This document shows positions 1 to 9,087 of a stretch of 64,000 bases of DNA, one piece after another. The stretch comes from an uncultured Candidatus Saccharibacteria bacterium (lineage in GTDB: Bacteria; Patescibacteriota; Minisyncoccia; Phycocordibacterales; SBAW01). Within the stretch, counting starts at the first letter, position 1. Each line of letters starts with the position of its first letter. A program made the position numbers and the translations under genes. The notes beneath the pieces are model-generated. The model worked only from the letters and a program-made list of their open reading frames with translations, made no database searches and was not told the origin of the DNA. Location: contig CAZYUH010000001.1 of assembly GCA_964650645.1 (NCBI GenBank), positions 411,032 through 475,031 on the forward strand, given 5' to 3'.

Positions 1-1
1 G

Positions 2-478
2 ATCGAGCGGGCGGCCAGAACGATCAATAAGGCGTTCAAGCGCAAGGGCAGGCTCTATGCCGCGGGCAATGGTGGCAGTGCCGCCGATGCCCAGCACTTT
101 GCCGCAGAATTGGTGGGACGGTACGGCAAGGGCGACCGGTCAAGGCCCGCCATAGCGCTCACCACCGACACGTCGTTCCTGACCGCATGGGGCAACGATG
201 ACACGTTCGATAATGTCTTCGCGCGGCAGATCCAGGCGCATGCGAGGGAGGGGGACGTGTTCCTCGCCATCTCGACGAGCGGCAGCTCGCCCAACATCCT
301 GCGCGGCCTCAAGGCCGCGCGGGAGCGGAAGGTGCGCTGCATCGGGCTGCTGGGCAAGGCGGGCGCCGCGGCCAAGCTCTGCGATACCGTGCTTGCGGCG
401 CCCGCAGAAGGCACTCCGCACGTGCAGGAGCTGCACACCGCGATCATGCACGCCCTGTGCGCGTGCATCGACCGGTGA
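2..478 (+). CDS. gmhA: SIS-domain sedoheptulose-7-phosphate isomerase (GmhA/DiaA family), 5' end outside window
   Basis: Frame continues from base 2 (IERAARTINKAFKRKGRLYAAGNGGSAADAQHFAAEL..); SIS motifs GNGGSAADAQHF and AISTSGSSPNI. Confidence 0.8.
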   Translation: MERAARTINKAFKRKGRLYAAGNGGSAADAQHFAAELVGRYGKGDRSRPAIALTTDTSFLTAWGNDDTFDNVFARQIQAHAREGDVFLAISTSGSSPNILRGLKAARERKVRCIGLLGKAGAAAKLCDTVLAAPAEGTPHVQELHTAIMHALCACIDR

Positions 479-595
479 AAAGCCAAGCCGTCCGCGCCGC
501 TCTGCGGCCCGGGCGGCTTTCTTTTTTTGCTGCCTTATCCGGTCCTGCCTGCCGCGATTGCCGCTTGGGGTATAGTATTGTAGTATCTTTTTCTT

Positions 596-1171
596 ATGAA
601 GAATATCCTTTCAAAGGTGTGGCGCTGGGTCCGCTGGCCGCTCCTCGTCCTCGTCCTGGGCTTCGCCATCCTGGTAGCCTGGCGGCTCAAACTGCTGTAC
701 GAGCTCGACGACACCAATGCGGCGGTCGCGAAAATACACGCCAACCGCCTGACATGGGATGACGTCTTCGGCCCCTTGCCCGTGGAGCCCGACAAGGCGG
801 CGAACGACGCCACTTTGGCCGGCATAGATATAAACGAGAACGGCATCCGCGACGACGTGGAGCGCGCCATCTACTTCAAGTATAAGCACTCGGCCCGCGA
901 GGCCGCTCCCGCGTACCAGTACGCCAAGGCTTTACAAATGGAATTTACTGATGTATACAATTCTGCGACGCTCGTGGCGGTCATACAAGAGGAAAGCAGG
1001 GCTTCAATCTGCATGTTGGATATAAAAAAGGCTGACGAGATAGAGGATCTTGTGGTCAATACCGAGATGCGTAGGCAGGCTCAGGAAGAGTTGTACGAGA
1101 AGTACATGACTACCTATTCTCTTCCTAATCAAGGCGGGTGCGATTTGGATCCGGATTCTTTGCCGAACTAA
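596..1171 (+). CDS. hypothetical protein with N-terminal TM helix
   Basis: 191-aa ORF; hydrophobic N-terminus WPLLVLVLGFAILVAW; abuts next gene; no recognisable family. Confidence 0.5.
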   Translation: MKNILSKVWRWVRWPLLVLVLGFAILVAWRLKLLYELDDTNAAVAKIHANRLTWDDVFGPLPVEPDKAANDATLAGIDINENGIRDDVERAIYFKYKHSAREAAPAYQYAKALQMEFTDVYNSATLVAVIQEESRASICMLDIKKADEIEDLVVNTEMRRQAQEELYEKYMTTYSLPNQGGCDLDPDSLPN

Positions 1172-1176
1172 ATAAG

Positions 1177-3147
1177 ATGAAATTTTTGGGAGCCATAGCT
1201 CTGACGGGCGTTTTCCTGTTGCCGAACATTGTTTCGGCTGCTTGCGTTGCTGATGGTGCGACAGTGGCATATATAAATGGCATTTTTACTACTGAAAAAC
1301 AAGCTAAAAGTGATTTAAATAATTTGAAATCTGAATATATACGGATTACAGGTGATCCTAAAATAATTTTCATCAACGCCTACAACCCCTCCCACCTCGC
1401 CGGCGCGGGCGACCTCATGCAGGCCGCGGCCCAGCTGAGGGGGAAGTCCATATCGGGCTTCGACCTCGATACCATGCTCCTGCAGATGCATCCGCAGGTA
1501 ACCACCCGCAAGCTCCTCCTGGTCGGCCACTCGCAGGGCTCGTTCTACGCCAACGACATGTACGACTACCTCCTCTCGAACGGCGAGCCCAAGGCGTCGG
1601 TCGGCGTCTACCAGGTGGGCTCGCCGGCCTCGCATGTGGCGGGCGGCGGCAAATATCTTAATTCCTCCGGCGACGCCATGCTCGGGACCCTGCGCGGCAT
1701 GGGCTTCACCTTCCTTCCCGACAACATCGACCTTGCGTCGTACGGAGACGACGCGCGGAAGGTGTTCTACGGCCACTCCTTCAGCGGCGCCTACCTGGCC
1801 GAAGCCCCCGACCGCGTGGTGGGCGACGTGCAGAAGGCGCTCAAGAATCTCAAGGCCGACTCGGCGAGCCCTGCGGGCGACTGCTTCACCGCGCCTCATG
1901 CGGGCCTGGGCTACGCGGCGGCCAAAGCGGGCTTCGCGGTCGCCGACACGGCCGCGCTCGGCATCAAATCGAGAGCGATCGCGACGGGCAGGGTGGTGGT
2001 GGCGGCGGGCAACGCGCTCGCCGCCGCGGCGCAGGCCGCCTACGGCGCGGCCTCCAAGGTCGCGGCCGACATCGGCGTCACGGTGGGCGGCGTCGTCGGC
2101 CTCTCGCGCGCGGCGGAGCCGGAGAAAACGCAGACCAATTTCGACATATTCTCCCGCCTCTACGGCTCCAGCCTTACCAAGGACGATTACCGCGAGCTCA
2201 TGGGCGGCGCGGTCGCCATGGCGCCGGTGCTCGCGGCCGCTCCCGCTCCGGCCCAATCGCATCAGGGCGCCGCTCCTGTCGCGGCACAGCCCGCTTCTGT
2301 CTCTGTTTACGATACGGACGAGAACGAGGACGGTGCCGCGTTCCTCCTCCCGCTTTTGTCCGGCTCCGGCGGCGCGCGGCATCACCGCGCTTCAAGCGGG
2401 GAGCCTGATGCGCCGCCCGCGGCCGATGCTCCTTCCGTTGAGCCGGCCGCTGATGCTGCGTCGTCCACGCAGGAGGCGATCGTCGCGCCGCCTGCCCAAG
2501 AAGCGACAACGACTCCGCCCGCCGAAACGGCGACTACGACGCCCGAGGCGCCCACGCTTGCGTTCGTGTCCGGAGGCTCTCCCGTTACGGATTCATTTGA
2601 CGGGTATACCGGATCCGGCTGGGAGACATACGGCGGATATCCTCCGTTCGGCTTCAGCCCGGGCGTATTGAAGTACTTTGCGACGACTACCGATTGCTAT
2701 AGCGGAGGCTGCATTTCCGGAAGGTTCGAGTTGGGTAACGGCGGGTACGGCAATCCGATACGCATGTACAAAACGGGCGTCCCGGTCACAGAAGGAAGCG
2801 TTTCTATATGGAGAAAGTACCACAGGGGCTATGCGTACCGCGGCAATATGGGCGTTATGGTCTGCGTCGGCGCGCCTGACCAGGGCAACAAGTGCGATGG
2901 CATAGGGGACATATTCATAGGAGACGCGGAGGATACGTGGAACCGGTACTATTTCGCCTGGCGCAACAACGGCGCGGTCAAGGAATTCTGCACGTCGCGA
3001 TACGAGTTCGATCCTCTGAATTGCACGTGGCGGCCTTCTCCAACCATTGCCGCGGATGACGTGCCTGACACGGTGCTTATTTCCGGAGACGGCGGCCGGC
3101 CCGATCTGGGCGACCGCATCTGGTTTGACGACCTCGGGACGCCGTAG
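1177..3147 (+). CDS. secreted alpha/beta-hydrolase (lipase/esterase-like, GHSQG nucleophile elbow) with Pro/Thr linker and C-terminal Cys-containing domain
   Basis: Signal peptide MKFLGAIALTGVFLLPNIVSAA; lipase-type motif LLLVGHSQGSFYAN; PPAQEATTTPPAETATTTPEAP linker; start chosen at internal ATG just after upstream stop. Confidence 0.6.
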   Translation: MKFLGAIALTGVFLLPNIVSAACVADGATVAYINGIFTTEKQAKSDLNNLKSEYIRITGDPKIIFINAYNPSHLAGAGDLMQAAAQLRGKSISGFDLDTMLLQMHPQVTTRKLLLVGHSQGSFYANDMYDYLLSNGEPKASVGVYQVGSPASHVAGGGKYLNSSGDAMLGTLRGMGFTFLPDNIDLASYGDDARKVFYGHSFSGAYLAEAPDRVVGDVQKALKNLKADSASPAGDCFTAPHAGLGYAAAKAGFAVADTAALGIKSRAIATGRVVVAAGNALAAAAQAAYGAASKVAADIGVTVGGVVGLSRAAEPEKTQTNFDIFSRLYGSSLTKDDYRELMGGAVAMAPVLAAAPAPAQSHQGAAPVAAQPASVSVYDTDENEDGAAFLLPLLSGSGGARHHRASSGEPDAPPAADAPSVEPAADAASSTQEAIVAPPAQEATTTPPAETATTTPEAPTLAFVSGGSPVTDSFDGYTGSGWETYGGYPPFGFSPGVLKYFATTTDCYSGGCISGRFELGNGGYGNPIRMYKTGVPVTEGSVSIWRKYHRGYAYRGNMGVMVCVGAPDQGNKCDGIGDIFIGDAEDTWNRYYFAWRNNGAVKEFCTSRYEFDPLNCTWRPSPTIAADDVPDTVLISGDGGRPDLGDRIWFDDLGTP

Positions 3148-3190
3148 CCGTTTTGCCCGCCGGGCGGGGGTGGGGTAGTATTACCTCATT

Positions 3191-5422
3191 ATGAATTACA
3201 CCACGTACCTGCGCTGGGGCGTCATTAGCGGCCTGTTCGCGACCCTTTTAATACCGTTCGTCGTCGCCGACGGCACGCTCATGTCCAACCTCTTCTTTCC
3301 GTACATAACGGGCAAGAACTTCGCGTTCCGCATCATCATAGAGATAGTTGCCGCGCTCTATATACTGCTCGCGCTGCGCGATCCAAAGTACCGGCCCCGC
3401 GCCAGCTGGGTCATGTGGGCCGCGCTCGGGCTTACCGCGTGGATGGCCGTGGCGACGCTCGCGTCCGTCGACCCCGTAAAGAGCTTCTGGAGCAACTTCG
3501 AGCGCATGGAAGGGTACGTGAGCCTCCTTCACCTGTTCGCGTACTTCGTCATCATGGGCGCGGTGCTGACCGCCGAGAACCTGTGGGAGCGGTTCTTCAA
3601 CACGTCCATAGGGCTCTCCATGGTCATGGGCGTCTACGCGCTCTTCCAGGGCCTCGAGCTCTTCGGCCTGCACCCGTCCTCGCAGTCCGGCGCCCGCGCC
3701 GACACGAGCTTCGGCAACGCGACGTACCTCGCGGTGTACATGCTCTTCAACATATTCCTGACCCTGTTCATGCTGGCGCGCCGCGCAAAGCTGAGCACGA
3801 CCATGCAGACGGTCTACGGGCTGGCGCTCGTGCTCCAGTGCGCCGGCTTGTACCTGACCCAGACCCGCGGCGCGCTCCTGGGCGCTATCGGCGGCCTCGT
3901 CGTCGCGATGATATGGGTTGCCTGGCGCGCCAAAGAGGGCAAGTGGGCGGGCTTGCGCAAGTGGTCCCTGGGAGGACTGGTCGGCGTGATGGTGCTTGCC
4001 GGCGCGTTCTTCGCCTTCCGCGATACGCTCAAGCAGCAGGGCGGCACGCTGGGCCGTCTCGCCTCCATATCGCTCACCGAAAAGACGACCATCTCCCGCC
4101 TCTTCTATATATGGCCTATGGCGGTCTCCGGCGCGGCCGAGCGCCCTCTGGCCGGGTGGGGGCAGGAGAACTTCAGCTACGTGTTCAACGAGCACTACAA
4201 CCCCGGCATGTGGGACCAGGAGCAGTGGTTCGACCGCGCGCACAACCAGTTCCTCGACTGGATGATAGCGGGCGGCTTCCCGGCGTTCATCGCGTACCTC
4301 GCGCTCTTTGTCCTCGCGGCATGGGCCGTCATCCGCTCGCGCGAGCTTAGCGTGCCCCAGCAGGCGGTACTGCTCGGCCTCCTGGCGGGCTACGCGTTCA
4401 ACAACCTCCTGGTGTTCGATAACCTCACGTCGTCGCTCTGCTTCCTGGCCGTCCTGGCTTTCGTGCACGGGCTGAGCTGGCGCGAGCTTCCGGGCCGCTC
4501 GTGGATGACGCGCCCTGCCGGCCACCACGCGGTAGCCATAGCGGCGCCGGCCGTCATTATCGCCGTTGCCGTCGGAGGGTGGGCGCTCAATGCGCCGGGC
4601 ATCGCGCGCGCGAACGCTCTCGTGCATACCATTTCGCAGACATCGGACCCCGCCGCGACGCTTGAGAACTTCAAGGGGGTGCTCGGCGCCGGCGCGTGGC
4701 CGGGAAGCCCGCTTGGCTACCAGGAAAGCGTCGAGCAGCTCGCGAGCTTCGCCGGCAGCTCCATCGCGCCCTCGCAGGCGCCCGCGGCCGTAAAGCAGGA
4801 GTACTTCGAGGAGTCGGTGTCCGCAATGGATACCCTCATGAATCAGCGCAAGGGCGACGCCCGACTCGAGCTCTTCGCGAGCGGGCTGTACGGCCAGTTC
4901 GGACAGCCGCTCAAGGCCATAGAGCACGCGCAGAAGGCGCTCGAGCTCTCGCCGGGCAAGCAGCAGATACTCTTCCAGCTCGGGCTCTCGTACCTGAGCG
5001 GCGGCGATATTCCCAAGGCGCTCGACGCGCTCAAGCAGGCGTACGACGAGGCTCCGGAGAACGACCAGGCGCTCATCTACTACGCGATGGGCCTCTATTA
5101 CGCCAAGGATACCGCCGCGGCTGACGCGCTCATTGCGGAGCGGTTCGGCTCGACTGCCGTCGACAGCGACCAGCTCCTGCAGGTGTACGGCAACCTCAAG
5201 ATGTACGACCGCGTGATAGCGATATGGAAGATGCGCGTCGAGAAGAATCCCAAGGACTTCAACGCGAACCTGAGCCTCGCGAGCGCCTACTACGCCGCAG
5301 GCGACAAGCCCGCCACTATCGCCCAGCTGAAAGCCATGCAGGTGCTCAATCCTGCGGCGGCGGGCCAGCTTGAGAGCCTTATTACGCAGGTGCAGAACGA
5401 CAATATCATCATCAAGCAATAG
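3191..5422 (+). CDS. O-antigen ligase/PglL-like (Wzy_C) polytopic membrane protein with C-terminal TPR repeats
   Basis: More than 10 predicted TM helices; Wzy_C-like signature LTQTRGALLGAIGGLVVAMIW; C-terminal TPR-like helices (AIEHAQKALELSPGKQQILFQLGLSYL..). Confidence 0.65.
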   Translation: MNYTTYLRWGVISGLFATLLIPFVVADGTLMSNLFFPYITGKNFAFRIIIEIVAALYILLALRDPKYRPRASWVMWAALGLTAWMAVATLASVDPVKSFWSNFERMEGYVSLLHLFAYFVIMGAVLTAENLWERFFNTSIGLSMVMGVYALFQGLELFGLHPSSQSGARADTSFGNATYLAVYMLFNIFLTLFMLARRAKLSTTMQTVYGLALVLQCAGLYLTQTRGALLGAIGGLVVAMIWVAWRAKEGKWAGLRKWSLGGLVGVMVLAGAFFAFRDTLKQQGGTLGRLASISLTEKTTISRLFYIWPMAVSGAAERPLAGWGQENFSYVFNEHYNPGMWDQEQWFDRAHNQFLDWMIAGGFPAFIAYLALFVLAAWAVIRSRELSVPQQAVLLGLLAGYAFNNLLVFDNLTSSLCFLAVLAFVHGLSWRELPGRSWMTRPAGHHAVAIAAPAVIIAVAVGGWALNAPGIARANALVHTISQTSDPAATLENFKGVLGAGAWPGSPLGYQESVEQLASFAGSSIAPSQAPAAVKQEYFEESVSAMDTLMNQRKGDARLELFASGLYGQFGQPLKAIEHAQKALELSPGKQQILFQLGLSYLSGGDIPKALDALKQAYDEAPENDQALIYYAMGLYYAKDTAAADALIAERFGSTAVDSDQLLQVYGNLKMYDRVIAIWKMRVEKNPKDFNANLSLASAYYAAGDKPATIAQLKAMQVLNPAAAGQLESLITQVQNDNIIIKQ

Positions 5423-5689
5423 GGTGTATACTGCGGGAGTGAGTGCGGCTAGGAGAGCTGTACCAAAACACAGTCCACGAAAGCGGCCCTCCTCGGGGGC
5501 CATTTTCGTTTGTGCGGAGCGGTTGCGCCGGCGCCTCGCTGTGTTGCCTGCGTTGCGAATCTCCGCGCCCCAGCTCGCTAGGTCTTGGAGATATCGCGCC
5601 TTGGCGCCTCGCGCCGCATCCGGCGCAACCGCTCTGCCGCTTGGAATCCGCGTTTTAATTTTTTAGGGATATACTGGTAATGTGCGCTT

Positions 5690-6023
5690 CGGGTGGGGAG
5701 CGGGGCACTCACATTAGGACAATGTTTTGGAGCTCGCCTTCCGCTTCCCACCGGGGGCGTAACACAAAAGAATGCAAACTGCTTTGCATTCTTTTGTTGT
5801 TTACGCCGGCCGGAGGCATGTTTTGCTAGCAGGCAAAACGGCCGAGGCGGGCTGAAGCCGAGAGCACGCAGGCTTCAGGGGCGGAGCGCGACGGCGCGAG
5901 CCAGGGTCGTGCGAATTTTTAGCAAAAAATTACGCCTGACCGCGACCCCGATTGCGCGACCGCGCAATCGGGAGTTGTGGGCAAAGCAAAGGAAAAGACG
6001 CAGGACATCCTGCGTCTTTTTTT
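5690..6023 (+). ncRNA. candidate structured non-coding RNA or regulatory region ending in an intrinsic terminator
   Basis: No credible ORF; a 15-bp perfect hairpin within 5756-5806 and a 12-bp perfect hairpin at 5947-5972, then terminator hairpin plus T7; no match to tmRNA, RNase P or SRP signatures that I can recognise. Confidence 0.2.
5997..6023 (+). terminator. rho-independent terminator
   Basis: gacgcagg-acat-cctgcgtc followed by ttttttt. Confidence 0.7.
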
Positions 6024-6498
6024 GTGCGGCGCGTTCGGCGCTTCAAATTATTTTTCTCATCGCTCAACGCGCAGCGCTATCATCTTCGATTTATTTTTTT
6101 AAAAAAATATTTCTTAAGATTGAATATGAATTTTTTCAAAGTTATCCACATTTAAAAAATAATTTTCATTGTATCTGCAGTTCATATGCTCGATACTTAT
6201 GTCAGTGCATCGAACAAGCGGTTACTGTCTCTCCTAGGGACTCAGATAAGCGCGGTCGAACGATGCGAAACCAAATTACGGCGAAAGCCGAAACTATCAT
6301 GGCAAAAAAGAAAAAGGCCGCAAAGAAGAAGGCCAAGAAGGCCAAGAAGGCTCGCCGCTAAGGCCTGCCACCCGCGCATGTTTTTAGCGCGGGCAATCCT
6401 CTCGAAAGAAAAGCCCCGAATCTTAGGATCGGGGTTTTTCTGTGCCTGCGCGAGGCGGGCGGCGGCCCGTTCCGCATGGCTAAAACGCTAAAAAGTGG

Positions 6499-6504
6499 TA
6501 GTAT
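6499..6504 (+). promoter_or_regulatory. -10-like box (GGTAGTAT) 6 nt upstream of secA ATG
   Basis: gtggtagtatcatgccATG; no SD; suggests leaderless or very short leader. Confidence 0.4.
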
Positions 6505-6510
6505 CATGCC

Positions 6511-9027
6511 ATGATTTCGATCAAAGGGCTGTTCGGTGATCCGGGGCAGAAAATAGTCAAAGGCAGCGCCCAAACGGTCGAGGCTATAAACGCGCTCGAG
6601 CCGCGGTTCCAGGGGCTCTCCGACGAGGAATTGCGCCAGACGACCCATGCGCTGCGCAACCGCATCGCGGGCGGGGATACGCTGGAGAGCCTCCTCCCTG
6701 AGGCGTTCGCGGCGGTGCGCGAGGCGGCGCGAAGGACGCTCGGCCTGCGCCACTTCGATGTCCAGCTCGTGGGCGGCATCGTGCTCAACTCGCGCGGCAT
6801 CGCCGAGATGAAGACCGGCGAAGGCAAGACGCTGGTCGCGACCACCGCCGTGTACCTCAACGCGCTCATGGCGAAGGGGGTGCACGTCGTCACGGTAAAC
6901 GACTACCTGGCGCGACGCGACGCGGTATGGATGGGGCAGATCTACGCGGCGCTCGGCATGTCGCTCGGCGTCATAGCCGGCGACGGCAGCTGGCGCTACG
7001 ACGCGAACCACAAGGAGCTCGACCAGGAGCGCGACGAGACGGGCAGCTTCCATATCGTGCACGAGTTCCTCCGGCCGTGCGTGCGGCGCGAGGCGTACGA
7101 GGCCGACATCACCTACGGCACCAACTCGGAGTTCGGATTCGACTACCTGCGCGACAACATCGCGTACGACCAGAAGGGCCTGCGCCAGCGCGGGCACTAC
7201 TTCGCGGTCGTCGACGAGATAGACTCCATCCTCATTGATGAGGCGCGCACGCCGCTCATCATCTCCGCGCCGGCGCAGGATTCGGAGGATATCTACCGCT
7301 CCATGTCCAAGGTGGCGGCGGCCCTGGAGAAAGAGCGCGACTATACCGTGGACGAGAAGCGCAAGGCGATATCGCTCACCGACGAGGGCATCACCCGCGC
7401 GGAGGGCCTGCTCGGCGTCGAGAACATATACACCGAGGGCGGCATCAAGTACGTCCACCACCTGGAGACCGCGGTGCGCGCCCAGGCGCTCTTCCGCAGG
7501 GACAAGGAATACGTGGTCAAGGACGGCGAGATAATCATCGTCGACGAGTTCACCGGCCGCATGCAGCCGGGCCGCCGCTGGTCGGAAGGCCTGCACCAGG
7601 CGATAGAGGCCAAGGAGGGCGTGGCCGTCCAGCGCGAAAGCCGCACGTACGCCTCCATTACGTACCAGAACTACTTCAGGCTCTACGAGAAGCTCGCGGG
7701 CATGACCGGTACCGCCAAGACCTCCGCCGAGGAGTTCTACACGGTCTACCAGCTCGACGTCGTCGAGATACCGACCAATAAGCCCGTCATCCGAAAGGAC
7801 CAGAACGACCTCATATACCAGACCGAGGCCGGCAAGTTCAAGGCGATAGCGCGCGCGATAAAGGAGGTGCACCAGAAGGGCCAGCCGGTCCTGGTGGGCA
7901 CCGTCTCCATAGAGAAGAACGAGCTTCTCTCCGCGTTCCTGCGCCAGGAGGGCGTGCCGCACGAGATACTCAACGCCAAGAACCACGAGCGCGAGGGCGA
8001 GATAGTCGCCGGCGCGGGGCGCAAGGGCGCGGTCACCATCGCCACCAACATGGCCGGCCGCGGCGTCGACATCAAGCTCGGCGGCGCGACGGCGACGCCC
8101 GAGGAGGCCGACGAGGTGCGCTCGCTCGGGGGCCTGTTCGTCCTGGGCACCGAGCGCCACGAGGCGCGCCGCATCGACAACCAGCTGCGCGGCCGCTCGG
8201 GCCGCCAGGGCGATCCGGGCGAGACCCGCTTCTTCGTGTCGCTCGAGGACACGCTCATGCGCGTGTTCGCTTCCGACACCATAAAGAGCCTCATGGGCCG
8301 CTTCGGCATCCCCGAGGACGAGGCCATAGAGAACAGGATGGTCACGCGCTCGCTTGAGAGCGCCCAGACCAAGATTGAGGGCTTCAACTTCGACGCGCGC
8401 AAGCATGTTTTGGAATATGACAACGTGCTCGACAAGCAGCGCCGCGCCATTTACGAGCGCCGCCGCCGCATACTGTCCGGGCGCGGCGAGGCTATCGCGC
8501 AGGTGCTGACCGAGCTCGCGGGCGGGAGCGAGGAGGCCCGCGCCGTCCTTGAAAGGAAGGAGCAGGAGCTCGGGCTTGATAATTTCCTGTCGGCGGCGCG
8601 CACTATAATGCTCCAGATGCTCGATACGCTCTGGGTCGACCATCTCGAGAGCATGGAGTACCTGCGCGGAAGCGTGAACCTGCGCGCGTACGGCCAGCGC
8701 GACCCGCTGGTCGAGTATCGCAAGGAGGGCACGAACATGTTCAAGTCCATGGAGGACGACTTCAAGGGCCGCGTGTTCGAGACGCTGGAGCGGCTCGAGC
8801 CTCTGCCTGCGGGCGCGCCCACGGGCCTCGCCGCCGAGCCGCCTATAACGCCGGTCATACCGGCATCGGCATCCGCCTCGCCGCAGGGCCAGGCGGCCGC
8901 GACGGATGAATCCGAGATGGGCCGCAACGACAAGGTGACGATAACCAACGGCACGGAAACGCGGGAGATGAAGTATAAGAAAGCCGAGCCGCTTATAAGG
9001 AGCGGGGAGTGGCGACTGGTCAGATAG
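6511..9027 (+). CDS. secA: preprotein translocase ATPase SecA
   Basis: 838 aa; N-terminal MISIKGLFGDPGQKIVK..; DEAD motor motifs MKTGEGKTLVATT and VTVNDYLARRD; C-terminal tail. Confidence 0.97.
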   Translation: MISIKGLFGDPGQKIVKGSAQTVEAINALEPRFQGLSDEELRQTTHALRNRIAGGDTLESLLPEAFAAVREAARRTLGLRHFDVQLVGGIVLNSRGIAEMKTGEGKTLVATTAVYLNALMAKGVHVVTVNDYLARRDAVWMGQIYAALGMSLGVIAGDGSWRYDANHKELDQERDETGSFHIVHEFLRPCVRREAYEADITYGTNSEFGFDYLRDNIAYDQKGLRQRGHYFAVVDEIDSILIDEARTPLIISAPAQDSEDIYRSMSKVAAALEKERDYTVDEKRKAISLTDEGITRAEGLLGVENIYTEGGIKYVHHLETAVRAQALFRRDKEYVVKDGEIIIVDEFTGRMQPGRRWSEGLHQAIEAKEGVAVQRESRTYASITYQNYFRLYEKLAGMTGTAKTSAEEFYTVYQLDVVEIPTNKPVIRKDQNDLIYQTEAGKFKAIARAIKEVHQKGQPVLVGTVSIEKNELLSAFLRQEGVPHEILNAKNHEREGEIVAGAGRKGAVTIATNMAGRGVDIKLGGATATPEEADEVRSLGGLFVLGTERHEARRIDNQLRGRSGRQGDPGETRFFVSLEDTLMRVFASDTIKSLMGRFGIPEDEAIENRMVTRSLESAQTKIEGFNFDARKHVLEYDNVLDKQRRAIYERRRRILSGRGEAIAQVLTELAGGSEEARAVLERKEQELGLDNFLSAARTIMLQMLDTLWVDHLESMEYLRGSVNLRAYGQRDPLVEYRKEGTNMFKSMEDDFKGRVFETLERLEPLPAGAPTGLAAEPPITPVIPASASASPQGQAAATDESEMGRNDKVTITNGTETREMKYKKAEPLIRSGEWRLVR

Positions 9028-9035
9028 CGCATTTC

Positions 9036-9069
9036 AAAATCCCGCGCGGCGCAGCAGCGCGGGATTTTG
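9036..9069 (+). terminator. intrinsic terminator after secA
   Basis: aaaatcccgcgc..gcgcgggatttt hairpin immediately after stop. Confidence 0.55.
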
Positions 9070-9087
9070 CTTTGCTACAATAAGCGC

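Noticed and set aside
3248-5503. Many long ORFs antisense to, or out of frame with, the annotated genes (e.g. 3248-5503 -, 6358-8643 -, 29034-31619 -, 34817-36097 -, 41227-42708 -, 46467-47720 -, 57242-58903 -, 32904-33752 - Pro-rich)
   Set aside because: Typical high-GC artefacts. They are Arg/Ala/Pro/Gly-rich with no domain signatures, overlap strongly supported genes (SecA, transketolase etc.), and the glycine-rich genes automatically give Pro/Ala-rich antisense ORFs.
5430-6030. tmRNA, RNase P RNA, SRP RNA or a tRNA in the long intergenic region
   Set aside because: No tRNA-like T-arm/CCA end, no ANDENYALAA-type tag ORF, and no RNase P P4 or SRP domain-IV consensus that I could recognise. 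Left as an unclassified structured region.
6040-6200. Chromosomal origin of replication
   Set aside because: Only one consensus DnaA box, and no dnaA/dnaN nearby in the window. Kept as a low-interest finding rather than a feature.
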